DNA from: Flaccisagitta enflata
Taxonomy: Eukaryota
Reading direction: 5' to 3'
Assembly (NCBI GenBank): GCA_965153355.1
Contig: OZ231126.1
Location: 5,518,001-5,582,000, forward strand
DNA: 64,000 nucleotides
In this document: positions 40,833-55,490 of the stretch, in pieces
How positions within the stretch are numbered: the stretch's first letter is position 1
Layout of the letters: every line of letters starts with the position of its first letter
The notes under the pieces: model-generated
The model's database searches: none
What the model was told of the DNA's origin: nothing
What the model saw: the letters and a program-made list of their open reading frames with translations, nothing else
Program-made: the position numbers and the translations under genes

Positions 40833-41322
40833 GTGAGTTGTTGTTGTTGTTGTCCTTTTTGTATTGTCGTTGTTGTTGTTGTTGCTTTTTCGTTGTCAAT
40901 GTTGTTTTTGTTGTCGTTGTTGTTGTTGTCGTTGATTTTGTTGTTGTTGCTTTTTCGTTGTCGTCGTCGTCGTCGTCGTTGTCGTTGTTGTTGTTGTTGT
41001 TGTTGTTATCGTTGCTGTATGCAATGCAATCGTTGTCGTTCATGATAAGTCATTTGCATATTTGTAGCTCAACTTGATTTGGTCAAGTAAACGTTTGTAG
41101 TTGCGGACACGCAACTCTTTATCCGTCCGTCCGTTGGTCCGTCCATCCGTCCGTCGGTCCGTGGTGATCGAGTTGGAAAGTGTGAAAACGCGCATTTCCG
41201 CCACTGCCCACCCGTCCGCAACTGGTATTGGCCGTGTATCCGGCCTTGTTTCTCCCTTTTCGGCATTTTCCACTTTCCTTTTTCCATCCCCCCCCCTCCC
41301 CTCTCCCATTCATTCCTCAAAG

Positions 41323-42458
41323 GCTGCCACTTGGCGGCTCATCTCTCAGAACAAGCGGAACGCATCGTCGACTTCACTTCCATTCTCGACGAGCAAGTCT
41401 TCGAACTGCCCGTCAACTCCACTTCATCATCCGCATCCTCGAGACACCTCCGCATCCTCGATCACGATTATGTCATCGTCGCCGGCGACCTCAACTTCCG
41501 ATTGGACGAGATTCCGCGTCAGGAAGTCATCGACCAATTATCGCTCGTCTCCGATAACAACGACGACGACGTCAATGACAACGATGTTGATATCAAAGAC
41601 AACAACAATGGAAGTATCAAGAACAACGATAATGGAAGTATCAAACCAACCAATCAGCGTCGTCGTCGGGAGATTTTCGACAGTCTTTTGGTCCACGATC
41701 AACTTCGTAAAGCCTTCAAGATGGAAAAATGCTTCCTAGGATTTGACGAAGGACAGATCGACTTCAAACCGACATACAAATTCGACTCTGGACAGTTTAT
41801 GACATGGGATTCGTCGCAGAAACAACGGAAACCCGCGTGGACCGATCGCGTCATCTGGCGAGCGCATCCGGAAGCAAAGACGATGGCGAAGAAGTCGTTG
41901 ACGAAACCGTTGAGCATCCGCAGTCAATTCTACGTCAGCGATCACGCCTTTGTCAACAGCGATCACAAACCCGTCATGTCGCATCTCCAACTGGGCGTCG
42001 ACTCTTTCGCCGATGGAGACGTCAATCGCGTTGTCAAGGATGGTGAGGATTCGGTCCCCGTCGTCGTCGTGGAAGCAGTTGGCGGAGCGTGGCGCCAATC
42101 CGTCAATGGCGTTTGTCGACTCCGTTTTCCACCCGGCTTCCGGGTCCACAGTCACGATTGGGTCGGACTCTTCATCGCCGACGAGTTGCCGCATCTCAAG
42201 TCGTTCGTGACGTGGTATTGGGTCGCATCCGCGGTCGACGTTGAGGAGGAGGAAGAGGAGGAAGAAGAGAAGGCAGTTGGTCGACAAAAATGCGATGGAT
42301 TTTTAAAAGAACTAACATTTGAGAGTCAATATGTGAAGGCGTTGACGGGCAGCTCGAACATGTCCAAGTCTACTGAAGGGTCCCATCAACTGATTTATAT
42401 TTCCGGAGATTATGACAACGTCTTCGGCGTATCTCCCGTATTTAATATTCACCCATGA
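41323..42458 (+). CDS. INPP5K: Inositol 5-phosphatase, exon 3 (catalytic motifs + SKICH domain)
   Basis: CHLAAH, GDLNFR, PTYKF, PAWTDRV, SDHKPV; C-terminal DWVGLF..WYW..FGVSPVF SKICH-like region typical of SKIP/PIPP. Confidence 0.92.
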
Positions 42459-43473
42459 AGAGAAAAGCACTAAAAGGGCAATTTGAGCCCAAATTCAAGC
42501 TCCATTGAATTTCTCACACTTTGGTCTTGACTGGCTAAGTCGCGTCGCGTGCTACGCTTCATTGGTTGATAATTCATGTGATTGGTCTTTTTAGTTGCGG
42601 ACAAGCAACTCTATAAGAGGCTTTATCCGTCCGTCCGTCCGTTGGGAGCGGTGATCGAGTTGAAAAGTGGGGAAATAGGCGTTTTAGATACTTTTCATGT
42701 ATGTTTGAGTATTGGGGATGGGATAGGGTGTGGATGGGGGGTGGATGCCCCTGCCCACCCGTCCGCAACGATATTGTGAAGCCCCGTGTCACCTGTTTCT
42801 GTGTCAACTTTTGTTCGAGGTCGGAGGTACTTTTGTCATTCTTGTTGACAACTTCTTTTGGATTCTACGTCAAGCCCTCGTTTTTCACATTCAATAATAA
42901 TTCAATCAATTGATTCATTAATAACCTCAGCCTTTAAAGAAGTGTTTTCTAAAACTGTTTTAAATCACTGTCATGTTCAACATAACCAAATAGGAACCCG
43001 CATGAACGGATTTGAATTCGAATAGACGACATGCTTAGTTGACAGTTACTGGAATGATTAATGATATGTATGCTCGGCCTATACTCATTCTGAATATATA
43101 TCGCGGGTGTTAAGTGGGAAAACTTAATTACCTCATCAAGTTATTGTGAAAATCGCCCTTTTACACGAATTTAAACATATAGGTAGAAACAGGTATTTCA
43201 TCTTTTGGAGAAAAAAAATTCAAGCAAAGGAAAGTAATTTGATAATTTCATCTTAGTCTTAAAACGATGTGCAGGATTTCATCTCAGGCAATTTCATGTA
43301 TCATGCATCAAATTTGTCACTCTCTATATCAATCATTAGGTCAAGGATAGTGAATTAGTTTTTTGTTAGTTAAAAGAAGTTAGTCACGAACAAAATGAAG
43401 TATTAGGAATGAAGTAAGTAACAAACAAAATGAATGATTATGAATGAAATTGATGAATCATTTTATGACTGAC

Positions 43474-43554
43474 CTCTTTGGCTGAGTCTGTGCCTTTTGG
43501 ACTCTCTCCATCTCGCTGCTCACACTTGGACGTGCTCTTTGATCCACCTTCCTC
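43474..43554 (-). CDS. ADGB: Androglobin internal exon (EEGGSKS...DSAKE)
   Basis: TTACAG acceptor, GTCAGT donor, 81 nt, phase 0-0. Confidence 0.6.
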
Positions 43555-43838
43555 CTGTAAGTGTAAGTGGGAAACTGTATTGTTCCTTTAGAATCATTTT
43601 CCGTTTAAACCATTCTCAGTTTTGTCTCTTTTTAGTCGCGGACACGCGACTCTACACCTTGCTGTGTCGGTAGGTCGGTAACATTTTTGAATTGTGAGCT
43701 GTTTTCGCATTATTGCTCCTGCCCAACCGTCCGCGACTGGATTGCCGTGTATCCGGCCTTGTTTCTACTTTCTCCCATTCCTACTATCTTTCTTCTTTTC
43801 TTTCTTCCCATCTTCTCTCACTTGCCTTTCTTTCTTTT

Positions 43839-43918
<80 letters not shown>

Positions 43919-44087
43919 TTTTTTCTTTCAGTCTTTCCCTTTCTTTTCATCTCTCTCACTAATTACTTTTCTTCTTCCTTTCCTTCTTTCTCTGCTTCTC
44001 CCATTTTTTCTTTCTCTTTCTATCCATCTCTCTTGCTCTCTTACTCTCTTTTTTCTTTCCCTCATTTTTCATGCTTAATCTCATTTC

Positions 44088-44214
<127 letters not shown>

Positions 44215-44219
44215 CCTAC

Positions 44220-44355
44220 CGGTGGTGGCTCTTCAATGGTCGGTGCGTCTGCATCAGCTCCTGTTTCGTCTTTTTCCTCGATGTCCGGTATTTCGATGAC
44301 GGAGGGGCGCCGCTTTCGTGCGGCGCCCTTCTCTAACTTCGAATTCGGTCGGGAA
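44220..44355 (-). CDS. ADGB: Androglobin internal exon (SRPNSKLEK...EEPPP)
   Basis: CTTTTCAG acceptor, GTAGGA donor, phase 2 to 0, joins exon 45563. Confidence 0.72.
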
Positions 44356-44662
44356 CTGAAAAGAGGAGGAAAGATGTCGTTTACTAAGCAGCAATTAGAC
44401 TTCAGCAGTCAACATCTACAAAAAAAAAAAAAAACTTGGATTTACTACATGTACAACAACATAAAAATCAACGACAACAACAACAATAACTAAGACAACA
44501 ACAACATAATCAATCAGCAGCCATACTACCGCTGGAAAACCATCATCAGATACAGAAAAAAACAACAGTGATGTGCTAAGGATAATAATAATAATAATAA
44601 TAATAATGATAATAATAATAATATTAATAATAATAATAATATTAATAATAATAATAATGATG

Positions 44663-44705
<43 letters not shown>

Positions 44706-45444
44706 TAATAACAATAATAATAATAATGAAAATAATGATAACAACAACAACAACGACCCTCATATGACGGAAAATTTATGAAGGAAAGTGAAGTGTTTCA
44801 CAATGATTTTTGCATTATTATCAGGATAATAATGAAGTTGGAATGCTTTTAGTGGACAAATTGTCTCTAAGAATACTTGGTGCATACATTTTTATCATAT
44901 TCTGACTTAAAATGTAATTTGACTTATGCGATTCACATGAAAACAAGCCAGAAAATGTTTTTTAGTGATTTTCTGCTCACACTTTTTTTCATTTTCTGAG
45001 GTCGAAATTCTAAGAAAGCCAAACACAGGGAAATTTTGCATTTTGAAAAACATAGTTCTCTCTGTAATCGATTTGGGAAGAGAACTATGTTCTTTGTTTT
45101 TTCATTTTTTCATTTCCTATGCAAATTAAGAATTTCGACCAGCCCCCTGTCAGTGACCAAAAATGAAAAAAATACAAATTTTCAAAATGATTGTTTTGGT
45201 CACATTGGTTAAACTTGGTCCTTTTGCTAAATCAATGCAAATTTTTCTTTTAAATATTATATCTGAGCCATCTCAATCATCTTTATTCACTTATTTTTGC
45301 ATTTTCATTTATTCATTTTTTCTATTTTGACCTTCTTTGAAACACAAACGTTGCCTTCGGAGGGAAGCCGTCATATGCACTTACGTGCTGGTTGGAATTT
45401 GCATGGGTGTGACTTTGTAGTTGACAAAGGATTACGTCATCCTC

Positions 45445-45545
<101 letters not shown>

Positions 45546-45562
45546 CCCGCGTATGCACTTAC

Positions 45563-45713
45563 GTGCTTGTCGGGATTTGCATGGGCGTGACTTTGTAGTT
45601 GACGAATGAGGAAGTAACTTTGACCCACATTTCTGGTCTTGGAGGAGGAGGAGGAGGAACCGGCTCGTCTGAGGGAATTTTCCGCTCCCGACGAGGACGA
45701 ATCAGCTTCCATG
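45563..45713 (-). CDS. ADGB: Androglobin internal exon (WKLIRPRRE...SSFVNYKVTPMQIPT)
   Basis: ACCAG acceptor, GTAAGT donor, phase 1 to 2; WKLIR...DE...PE....SS.F.NY..TP..IPT matches the androglobin calpain-domain insert as I recall it. Confidence 0.82.
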
Positions 45714-48700
45714 CTGGTATTTGGAAAAAAAAGTCACGAAAGCATTACAGATGGTTAGCGAAACCCGTTGCCCCATGTTTTGTATTTGTATTACTTAATG
45801 TTTAATATCAACAAGGCAGCACCTCTGGCAAGGCAACTTATTTATGATTTCACACAGAGCGATCTTTGTTCCGATTTTTGGTGGACATCACCAAATACTT
45901 TGAAATTTAAGGGCAATATAAATTATAAACACTATATTCAACGCTTATACAGGAGGCTCAAGTGGCTGTTTCAAACCAGAGCGGGCTGATTGGCTGTCTG
46001 AAAGTAGAACTCCTAAGGCTGAATTTTGGATTTTTAGATTTGTGCTGCACAACTCTATAAGCTACTTTCATTTCAATTTCAGGGTTCAAAGGATTTAAGG
46101 ATTAAGCAGTTAATTTGGCTGAGCAAGTATGTAGGCTTATCTGAGAGCTCAGGGTAAAGTTAAGGCTTTGATTATGATGAGTATTGCACTGTTGTAGTAG
46201 TTGAGGCATATTAAATAGTTAAATTTGTCTTACAATCTGATCAAAAGAAAAAAAAAGAATCTTTGTAGGACTTAATCAGGCTTGTGGCAAGGAAATGGAT
46301 ACCATACGACTAAAAAAACAAGGCCAGATACACGGCAATCTAAATGGACGGTCGGGCAGGAGCGGTAATGCAAAAACCGCTCGGAATTCAACAAAATTTG
46401 TTACGGACCTACCAACCTACCAACTGACACAGCAATTTATAGAGTCGCGTGTCCGCGACTGAAAAAGACGCACTTTTGGATGGCTTATTTTACCTATGAA
46501 TCAAAGAAAAACCTATCAAAATTTAAAGTCATCTGAAAGCCCTTTGAAAGTACTTTCATTTGACGCCAATCTGGTATTGCTATCATTTTTAGTTGCGGAC
46601 ACGCAACTCTATAAGAGGCTTTGTCCGTCCGTCCGTTGGTCGGTTGGTCGGTTGGTCAGTTGGTCCGTCACACTCAAGTTGAAAAGCGGGAAAACGCGCA
46701 TTTTGGCCCCTGCCCACCCGTCCGCAACTGATGGCCGTGTATCTGGCCTTGTTCGTTTGGAAGGCATTAGTTTGAGTGAAAATGTTGCCCATTTCAGTTT
46801 TGCAATCCCTATGTAAAAATTCACTTTAGCAAATTAGTGCTTTTTGGTTGCGTGCACGCAACTCTACACCTTGCCTTATCGGTCGGTAGGTCGGTTGGTC
46901 TGTCCGTCCGTCCATAACATTTTTGAAATTAAGACTTTTTAAGGTCTTTTAAGGTAATTTAAGGTACTCTAGGGTATTTCAGGGTACTTTAGGGTACTTT
47001 AGGGTACTTTAGGGTACTTTAGGGTACTTTAGGGTATTTAAGTTTTTCTAGGTACTTTAGGGTACTTTCAGATATTTTTGGGTACTTCTAGGTATTTTTG
47101 AGTATTTAGGGTATTTTTGGGTATTTTTGGGTGTTTTTGAGTGTTTTTGAGTGTTTTTGGGTGTTTTTGGGTATTGTATTGTACCAATGTTATATCGATA
47201 TTGCATCGAAATTGTATCGCATTGTATCAATACATATTGCGTGGCCTTGGGGGGAGGAACTCTTTTGTTTGTCATTTCCAGACGCACGCGACTGTTGCCC
47301 TCTTGGGCTTGTTTTTTGGCAAGGCTCTAGCTGTTTGAGATACAGAGCTGGGATCGGTCAAGATTGAAAAAATTTTATTAAGTCTCTCAAAATGTTTTCT
47401 TTAAGAAAAATTGATATTAATTTTCATACCTGTTTTATCAATTTAAAAACAGGTGCGTCTTTTTAGTCGCGTGCACGCGACTCTACAACCCGCTTTGTCC
47501 GTCCGTCGGTCCGTCGGTCCGTCCGTCGGTCCGTCACACTTTACTTTTTTATCATACTTTAAGTTATTTCTAGTCATTCTAAGTCATTCTAAGTCATTCT
47601 AAGTCATTCTAAGTCATTCTAAGTCATTCTAAGTCATTCTAAGTTATTTTAAGTCACTTAAGTCAAATAGGTCAAAGTAGTCATTTCAGACATTTTAGGT
47701 CTTTTTAAGTCATTTAAAGCTGTCTTAAGTCATTTTAAGTCATCCTGAGTCAATAAAAGTCATCTTAAGTTATTTATGTCTCGCACGCGACTTATAGGTG
47801 TTGGCCTTGTTCTTTAGCCGAGTGGTACATGAGGAAGGGTAGAGAAATGGCAACGGAATGGGAGGTAGAGGACAGTGAAAAGGGTGGAATGGAGTGAACC
47901 AGCCTCTTGTTTTGTGTCTCATTTTTATCTCTATTCCACCCATTTCCCTCTCCTCTTCCTGTCATTTCATTGTCATTTCTCTACCTTAACTTTTGAATCC
48001 ATTTCTTTGTATAAGCCTAATGAAGTCTTGTTGTTTACAGACAAAAAAATCACTAAAATTTTTTCCATTTTCTTCCTTTTCATCACATTTTACGACAAGA
48101 TTAACAATCCAAATTGGGCTTTTATTGACAGATTTTGAGACCGTGATGGCTAATCTAGCCAAATTTTAAGCTGAATGGGCTAATTTGAGGCTAGACTGAT
48201 TAGAGGACTTAATCATGTCACATTTTTGAATGGCGAGTGGCTACAGCATTCCTGCTCATGCCCACCCGTCCGCGACTGAGGGGGAGTGTAAACGGCCTTG
48301 TTGGGCTTCAGAAAATTTCAGTTCCTTGAAACTGAAATTTCTTGTCTTATCCCTTGAGATTTGCCCTTTCAGCCTTTCATCCACACTCCGCTTTTTCAGG
48401 CCTGAAATAAGCCTTTAACTTTGAGCCCAACAAGGCCGTTTACACTCTCCCTCAGTCGCGGACGGTGGGGAAAGAGCAAATGGAATCATAAGCCCCACCA
48501 GGGCCGCTGTCCAAAAATAGAGAATAAAAACGATAACGATAACAGAATTTCCGATGATGATTGTCTAGAATCAGTTATCATAAAAAATCAATTCTCCTTT
48601 CTTCACAGATAAATAGCTAAATTTATTCGTAAATAGAGAGTTCTCGTAAAGTAGACTGGAAGAACTTTTAGTCGCGTGCACGCGACTCTACAACCCACTT

Positions 48701-49642
48701 TGTCCGTCCGTCCGTTGGTAGGTTGGTCAGTCACAATTTACTTTTCTTATGATTATGTATATTTCTTTGACCTCACTGCTCCTGCCCAAATGGTCTGCTG
48801 ACCTCAAATATGGCCCCTGCCTACCCGCACGCGACTTCGGTTGCCGTGTATCCGGCCTTGTTTACGATCGAAAAGTTTCAATGATGATGAAATCTAACGA
48901 CTTGATGGTATGTGTCGTGACGGGGACGTAGAAACCTTTAATCATTGTTCCCTGCCCACTTCGTCCCATAAAGCGCCCCCAAAGTCAACCCACAACCTCA
49001 TCCATTTAACCAACAGAGGTTTGTTGAAAAAATGTCTCTCTCAAAACTTCAGGCAATTTTTATGATGGGAACCATCGTTAGGAGCTAGATTTAATTTTAA
49101 ACTGTAGATTTGGGATCATGAGATGAATAATACCCTACCTATTACTTCATAGAATGCTTCAAACTTTTCTAACAAAGGTTCCCGTTAACGCAGCGATCTG
49201 ATTTGTCTGAGACGTTTTTCCAACAAGCCTCCTCATGGGTTAACTTTAGGTGCGATTTGTGGGACCTACGCGCACGATCATCAGTCCTGTCGTTTTTAGG
49301 TGCGACAAAGCACCTCTATAACTGGCTGTGTCCGTTGGTTGGTTGGTCGGTCGGTTGGTCGGTTGGTAACGCATTCGTTCGACAATCCACACCGTCGCAC
49401 CTATTGGCCTACTTGGCCTTGTTTGATTGCAGATAATCTCCTTCCCAACTACAGTTTAAGTGATTTTGCAACTCTCATTTTGAAGTGTACTGCGCGGCTA
49501 AAGACTACTACCTTGGCCAAAAGAAACCCAACATCCTGGGAATGATATGGTCAAATGACCACACTGTCATGAAATATAATACCTGATAGTATATTAATTA
49601 TATAAGTTTTTTTATGAATAACAAATCAGGTTGTGAATCTAG

Positions 49643-49962
49643 CAGGGGTGTATATTATTGAGTCGCTTTTGATTTTCCCCCCCCCCTGCCTTTGATTTTC
49701 TTCCCAGCGACGCGTCGCATCGCGTTTTTATATCTATGATTTTCATCCCCATATAGCAATAAAACTATGTATTTAAGGCTTAAATAGTGTTAAATTGTGT
49801 TTTACTAATTGAGTTTTATGATTTGGTACTGCCGAAAGTTATATTTTCCCCAAATTTCCTCTTTTTCTTTTTTTTCCTTTTGAGTTCCTTCCCTATCTCC
49901 AGACCCTTTGATTTCCCCCCCCCCCACGGGGGGGGGGGGAAACTCAAGAATAAACAGGCCTG
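49643..49962. mobile_element. hAT-type MITE ~600 bp upstream of Roco start codon
   Basis: 8-bp TSD GAATCTAG (49635-49642, 49963-49970); imperfect TIR CAGGGGTGTATATT / AATAAACAGGCCTG. Confidence 0.8.
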
Positions 49963-50560
49963 GAATCTAGAAAGCAATTTCTAGAATCTTTTTTCATTGG
50001 CAAGGGTGAATAAATTTTCTTATTTGTCCACAATTTCTGCAATCTCACAATTTTTAAGATAGGTCTACTCTTTTGCTTGCCATTTCCAACCATTTGAGTT
50101 ACAGAATCCAGAGAGTATGCATCTTTTACCTTTTAGGAAATAGAATATTTTGAGTTTTTTTTAGCCTATTTAATGTAAAAGCTGAGATATCAAAAATAAA
50201 GTTGAACAATTTTTTTTTCTATTTTTTTAACAAACTTTAATTTTTCTTTTCTTTTCTTGCCATTACAAAAAGCCACAACAACCAGAATAGACTCAACTTA
50301 CAGATTTTTTTGTATTAAATTAATTTTTACAGAATTTTACAGAATTCTTGTGTTTCTTTAAAAGCTGAGATATTTTTGTTAGGTGTCGCGTTTCATTTGG
50401 CCGAGATAGTAAGAACTGATATTGATCAGTAAAGATGGAAAAGTAAAAAACAAAGGAAAAATTTTGTAAAAATATTTTTGGTACAGCGATCTTTACCAAA
50501 ATATCTCAGTTATTTTCGCTCATCATTTACATAGGCGCAAGCGGCGCTTAAGCGTTTATT

Positions 50561-52172
50561 ATGGAGGTGGAAAAAACATTCATCCTTGACGCGAAAGCGC
50601 TAAAGAAACAAAATACTGGGAGTTTCCAATTGCCTATAGGAAAAGAATATACAAAAATGGTGATAGATCTGGAACTCCAAGAAGCTGCTTCCATCGAGAC
50701 ACTAGACATGCTATATAATCCTGTTAAGACCGTCATTGGCAGCGAAAAACTTGCCGGTATAAAAATTCTTAAAAGCGACAATTGCAAGCTCGACATAGTC
50801 CCTGGATGGATCGCAGAACTCGAAAATGTAGAAGAAATTCATCTTTGGAAAAATGACTTAAAAGAGGTGCCATCTTGGTTTTCTGATCTGCGGAAACTAA
50901 GAAACTTGAATTTATCATCTAACAAAAACCTCCATTCACTCCCGAGCATCAATGATTCCCTTGCCATACTTGATATTTCATATTGCAACATCAAAATTCT
51001 ACCTGATAACCTTTTTCAACACAACCTACAAGTATTAATAATGCATGAACCACTATTCCTTAATAGTAGTGGAATCCAGACTCTCCCGACTAATTTCTTT
51101 CAACATCACTTCGAAAAAATCAACTTGAGTGGAATTAATAACCTTGAATCACTCCCTCGTGTAAATGACTCTCTTAAACAGCTGAACGTATCCAACTGCA
51201 ATATCAAAACGCTCCAAGAAGATTTCTTCCATCATAGTCTAGAAAAAGTTGATTTGCAAGGAAACAAAAACCTTCAATCGATTCCAACTGTGAATGCCTG
51301 TCTTGCTCAACTCAATATTTCTTACTGCGATATCAAAACTCTGCCCGATAATCTTTTTCAACATGGATTGAACAAAATCCAGTTACAGAACAACCAAAAC
51401 CTTAAATCAATCCCAAGCATCAATGATATTTTGGAAGAACTTGACCTCTCTGGTTGTGACATCCACACTCTACCAGAAGATGTCTTTCAACATTGCTTGA
51501 AAAGCGTTAATTTGAGTGGTAATAAAAACATTAAATTGACACATCGAGTCAACAACTGTCTGAAAGAACTCAACATTTCAAACTGCGACATTCAAACTCT
51601 TCCTCCCAACATTCTTCAGTATAGCTTGAAAAGGATTCAACTTAACAACAACCCAAATCTCAAATCAGTTCCCAACATCAATGAAAATGTTGAAGAGATT
51701 GATCTCAGTGGTTGCAACATCTTGAAACTGTCAGATGATTTTTTCCAGTATCATCTGAAAAATGTTAACTTGAGTGGAATGAAAAACTTGAAATCAATTC
51801 CTCGCGTAAATGCCTTTTTGATGGATCTTGATATTTCCAATTGCGACATACAATCACTTCCAAATAATCTATTTCAGCACGGCTTAAAGAGATTGAAGGT
51901 GCATAATAATCAAAACCTCAAATCAATTCCAAGCATAAATGATGATTTTGAGGAACTTGTTCTCAGTGGTTGTGACATCCACTTTCTCCCTGATGACTTT
52001 TTTCATCATCGCTTGAAAAAAGTTAACTTGAAAGGAATGAAGAACCTGCAATCAATACCAAGCTTGAATGACTTTCTTGTGGAACTGGACATATCAGGAT
52101 GCGACTTACAGACACTTCCTGATAATCTGTTTCAGCACAAACTACAAAGGATCAGTACGAAGGAGAACTCAG
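50561..52172 (+). CDS. Roco protein, coding exon 1: leucine-rich repeat array
   Basis: ATG after in-frame TAA 50549; about 20 LRRs, mostly as 43-aa doublets; CAG|GTGAGA donor, phase 1. Confidence 0.9.
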
Positions 52173-52286
52173 GTGAGATTATAATTTATAAGTATGGTTC
52201 TTCGGGGCTGACATGACTTAGCAGATATAGTGAAATATATCTCAATGGGTTTTACCCTGGATATTTATCCATCTCAATGGTTTTTA

Positions 52287-53061
52287 CAGGGTGTCCCAAG
52301 TCAGTTGTAACATAAGGAATCGACATATCTCTTCTTCTAAATCCTTAAATCAATTTCTAAAAAAAGATCTATGAAGATCTAGGTCTGCACTTTTTGTTAT
52401 ACTAAAACTTCAACTTTGAATATTGGAAAGTTGGTGGTGAGAAAATATCAAATGAGTGGTGATATTTGGTGGAAAATTATCTTTTTCATAGCTGTATTTG
52501 GAAGTAGCTGGCTTTAAGTGTTTGCCATTTTTTGACAAATTGATCTAAAAACCTGGGATTGGTCACAAATGAAAGATAATTGTACAGATTGTAAATCTGC
52601 TTTGAAAACTTGGACAATATTAACAATTAATGACTGTTTTGATGATTTTTGTCAATTATTGTAAAAATCAAAAATGGAAATCTTAAAAAAATCATTGAAA
52701 ATCTTACAAAATTTTTGAAAATTGGCAAATTTTTTTGGTGATCTAAAATCTATGACAAATTATCTGCCATTTGAGACCAATCGCAGGGTTTTAGCTCAAT
52801 TGGTTGAAAAGTGCCAAGTTGTTAAAGACAACTACTTACAAGTACAGCAAAAAGTGAAAAAACAAAAAAAGACTCGGTCAGAAATTATTAGTGAATTTTA
52901 AAGAAATGTGGTCCCTAAATAAATAGTCCAATTGTCATGAAATTTTGCATGCAAAAAGTGCAGACCAAGATCTTTTTAGATCTGTTTTCAGAAATTGATT
53001 TGAGGACCTACAAGCAGAGATATGTCCATTCTTTATGTTACAACTGACATGGGACACCCTG
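52287..53061. mobile_element. Tc1/mariner-type MITE
   Basis: TA on both sides; TIR CAGGGTGTCCCA.GTCAGTTGTAACATAA.GAAT / ATTCTTTATGTTACAACTGACATGGGACACCCTG. Confidence 0.82.
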
Positions 53062-55490
53062 TAGTTGCATGCTACACAACTCTTCACCCCGCTATGTTGG
53101 TCCGTCCATCCGTCACTCGGTCGGTTGGTCGGTCCCCTTTTTACTTTTTTGGGATTTTTGGACTTTTTGAGCCTACTGCTCTTGCCCAAATGCTCTAGTG
53201 ACCTTCTCCAGCACTGCTCCCGCCCACCCGCACGCGACTGGGGTAGCCGTGTTTCCGCCGGTTTCCTGGAGTTTTTTTGCCAATTCTTTTTAGTCGCGGA
53301 CACGCGACTCAATAACTTGCCGTGTCGGTCGGTGAGTCACATTTTGGAATTCCGAGCAGTTCTCGCATTATTGCTCCTGCCAAACCGTCCGCAACTGGAT
53401 TGCCGTGTATCCGGCCTTGGTTTGTTTTTTGTTGGTACAGGGTCATCAATATCTTTTAGGACATAGTGTTAAGATTTTACTCTAAGATGCATCCTCTGTA
53501 GGTTGGTATAGGTAGATATCTTCTCACTACCCTGCCATCAAAAGCAACTGATACCAGCAAAACCTTTATGGTATTTATTTTGAGAAAATCAGACTGGTTC
53601 TGTCTGAAAGAACATAACTTACCATTTGTTCATGAAAATTTAACAGGTCGCCCAAGGGTAATATGTGGTCACCGATACCCGTTGCCCTGCTTGGAGTGAT
53701 TGTGAATTGGTGGGAGGGGAAGCAGGGCAGCGGCCCCAAAGGGGACAAAGTCCTGTAGAACACAGGGGGACTTTCATTCGTCCTGCCTGAAGAAGTGAAT
53801 GAGATGCTATAGAGGGCTGACTGAAGGCCTTCAAGAGCCTAAACTGAGGTCTAAGAAGGCAGATGTAAGGCCTGAGAATGTCAATCGGAAGCTTGAGAGG
53901 GCTGACTCGGCTTGAGAGCGCTGGACTAAGGCTTGAAAGGTCAGAGGACTGAGAGCAATAAATTTAGGCTTAGATAGCTGATTTGAGGCCTGAGAGGCCT
54001 AATTTGAGGCCTGAGAATTTGGATTTGAGGCCTGAGAAGCCTAATTTGAGGCTTGAGAGGCTAAGTTTGAGGCCTGAGAGGTTGGATTTGAGGCCTGAGA
54101 GGCCAGATTTGAGGTATGAGAGGCTAAATTTGAGGCCTGAGAGGCTGGATTATAAGTCTGAGAGGTCAGATTTGAGGTCTTAGAGGCCAGATATGAGTTC
54201 TCAGAGGCCAGATTTGAGGTCTCAGAGGCCAGATTTGAGGTCTGAATGGCCTGATGAGGGGGCGGGGGGGACAAACAAACAAACGAACGAAAGTCCTCCT
54301 GTGTTCTACAGGACTTCGTCCCCTTTGGGGCCGCTGCCCAAAAAGCACTGGCTTTAGCGGTTTAGCTTTTGCCTAATTAAGAAAAGTGATATGATTTTTA
54401 GAATTTTTGCCCAAAAATTCTGTTTTCAAGCAAGAGAACATCAGTATATGTATAAGTAAAGGTAGAAACTTTCTGATTGTTCATGATTGAGAAGTAATTG
54501 ACCCTTCTTTTGTATGAACTTTAATTTTTTACCATTCTTATGGAGATTTAGGTTGCCAGTCACCAGTGATGTGATACAAAACCTGTTCAAAACAAGGCCG
54601 GATACACGGCTACCCTTGTCGCGTGCAGGTGGCCAGGGGCCCTAATTGGGGTCACTTGATCACTTGGGCAGAAGCAGTGAGGCCAAAGACCGCAAAAGCC
54701 AAAAGAAAGTTAAGTGTGACGGAAGGACGGACCAACGGACCAACGGAACGACGGACCGACAATGTGGGGTGTAGAGTCACGTAGCACGCGACCAAAATTC
54801 AGAGGAAAGAAATCAGATTTGCCTTATGATTTCCCCTATCTTTGCATCTTTTTTAGAAATGCGTAAGCTGTAGCGGATATCTTATAAGACTAATCTGGCC
54901 ATTTTTTATTGATTCATAAATAAATGACATTAATTTGAAGCTACAGAGGTCAGTTTATCAACATTTTCAGAAACCTAACATTGCGTAAATCACATTTTTT
55001 CTCAAAACTACATGGAAGCTAAACCGCTAGAGCCAATACTATGAAATTTTGCATGAACAAATGGTAGGAAATGTGCTTTCAGACAAAACCAATCCGAATT
55101 TTTAAAAAGGCCAACACCTATAAGTCGCGTGCGGGACATAAAGAATAACTTGAGATGACTTCAAATGACTCAAGATGACTTTAAATGAATCAAAAAGACC
55201 TAAAGTGACTTAAACGACTACATGCTCTGGTTTAAAATCTTTTCAGAGATTTGTAAACCACTATGCAATAGACCCCTTTTGGCCGATGTCCTGTAGAACA
55301 CAGGGGGGATTTTGAGACGTCCGTCCATCCTTCCATCCGTCCTTCCGTCCGTCCTTCCGTCCGTCCTTCCGTCCGTCCTTCCGTCCCCCCCGTTGACCAT
55401 CCAGGCCTCAAGTAAGCCCTCCCAGGCCTCAATTTAGCCCTCCAGGCCTCAAATTAGCCTTCTTCGCTTCAAATCAGCCCCCCCCCTCAT

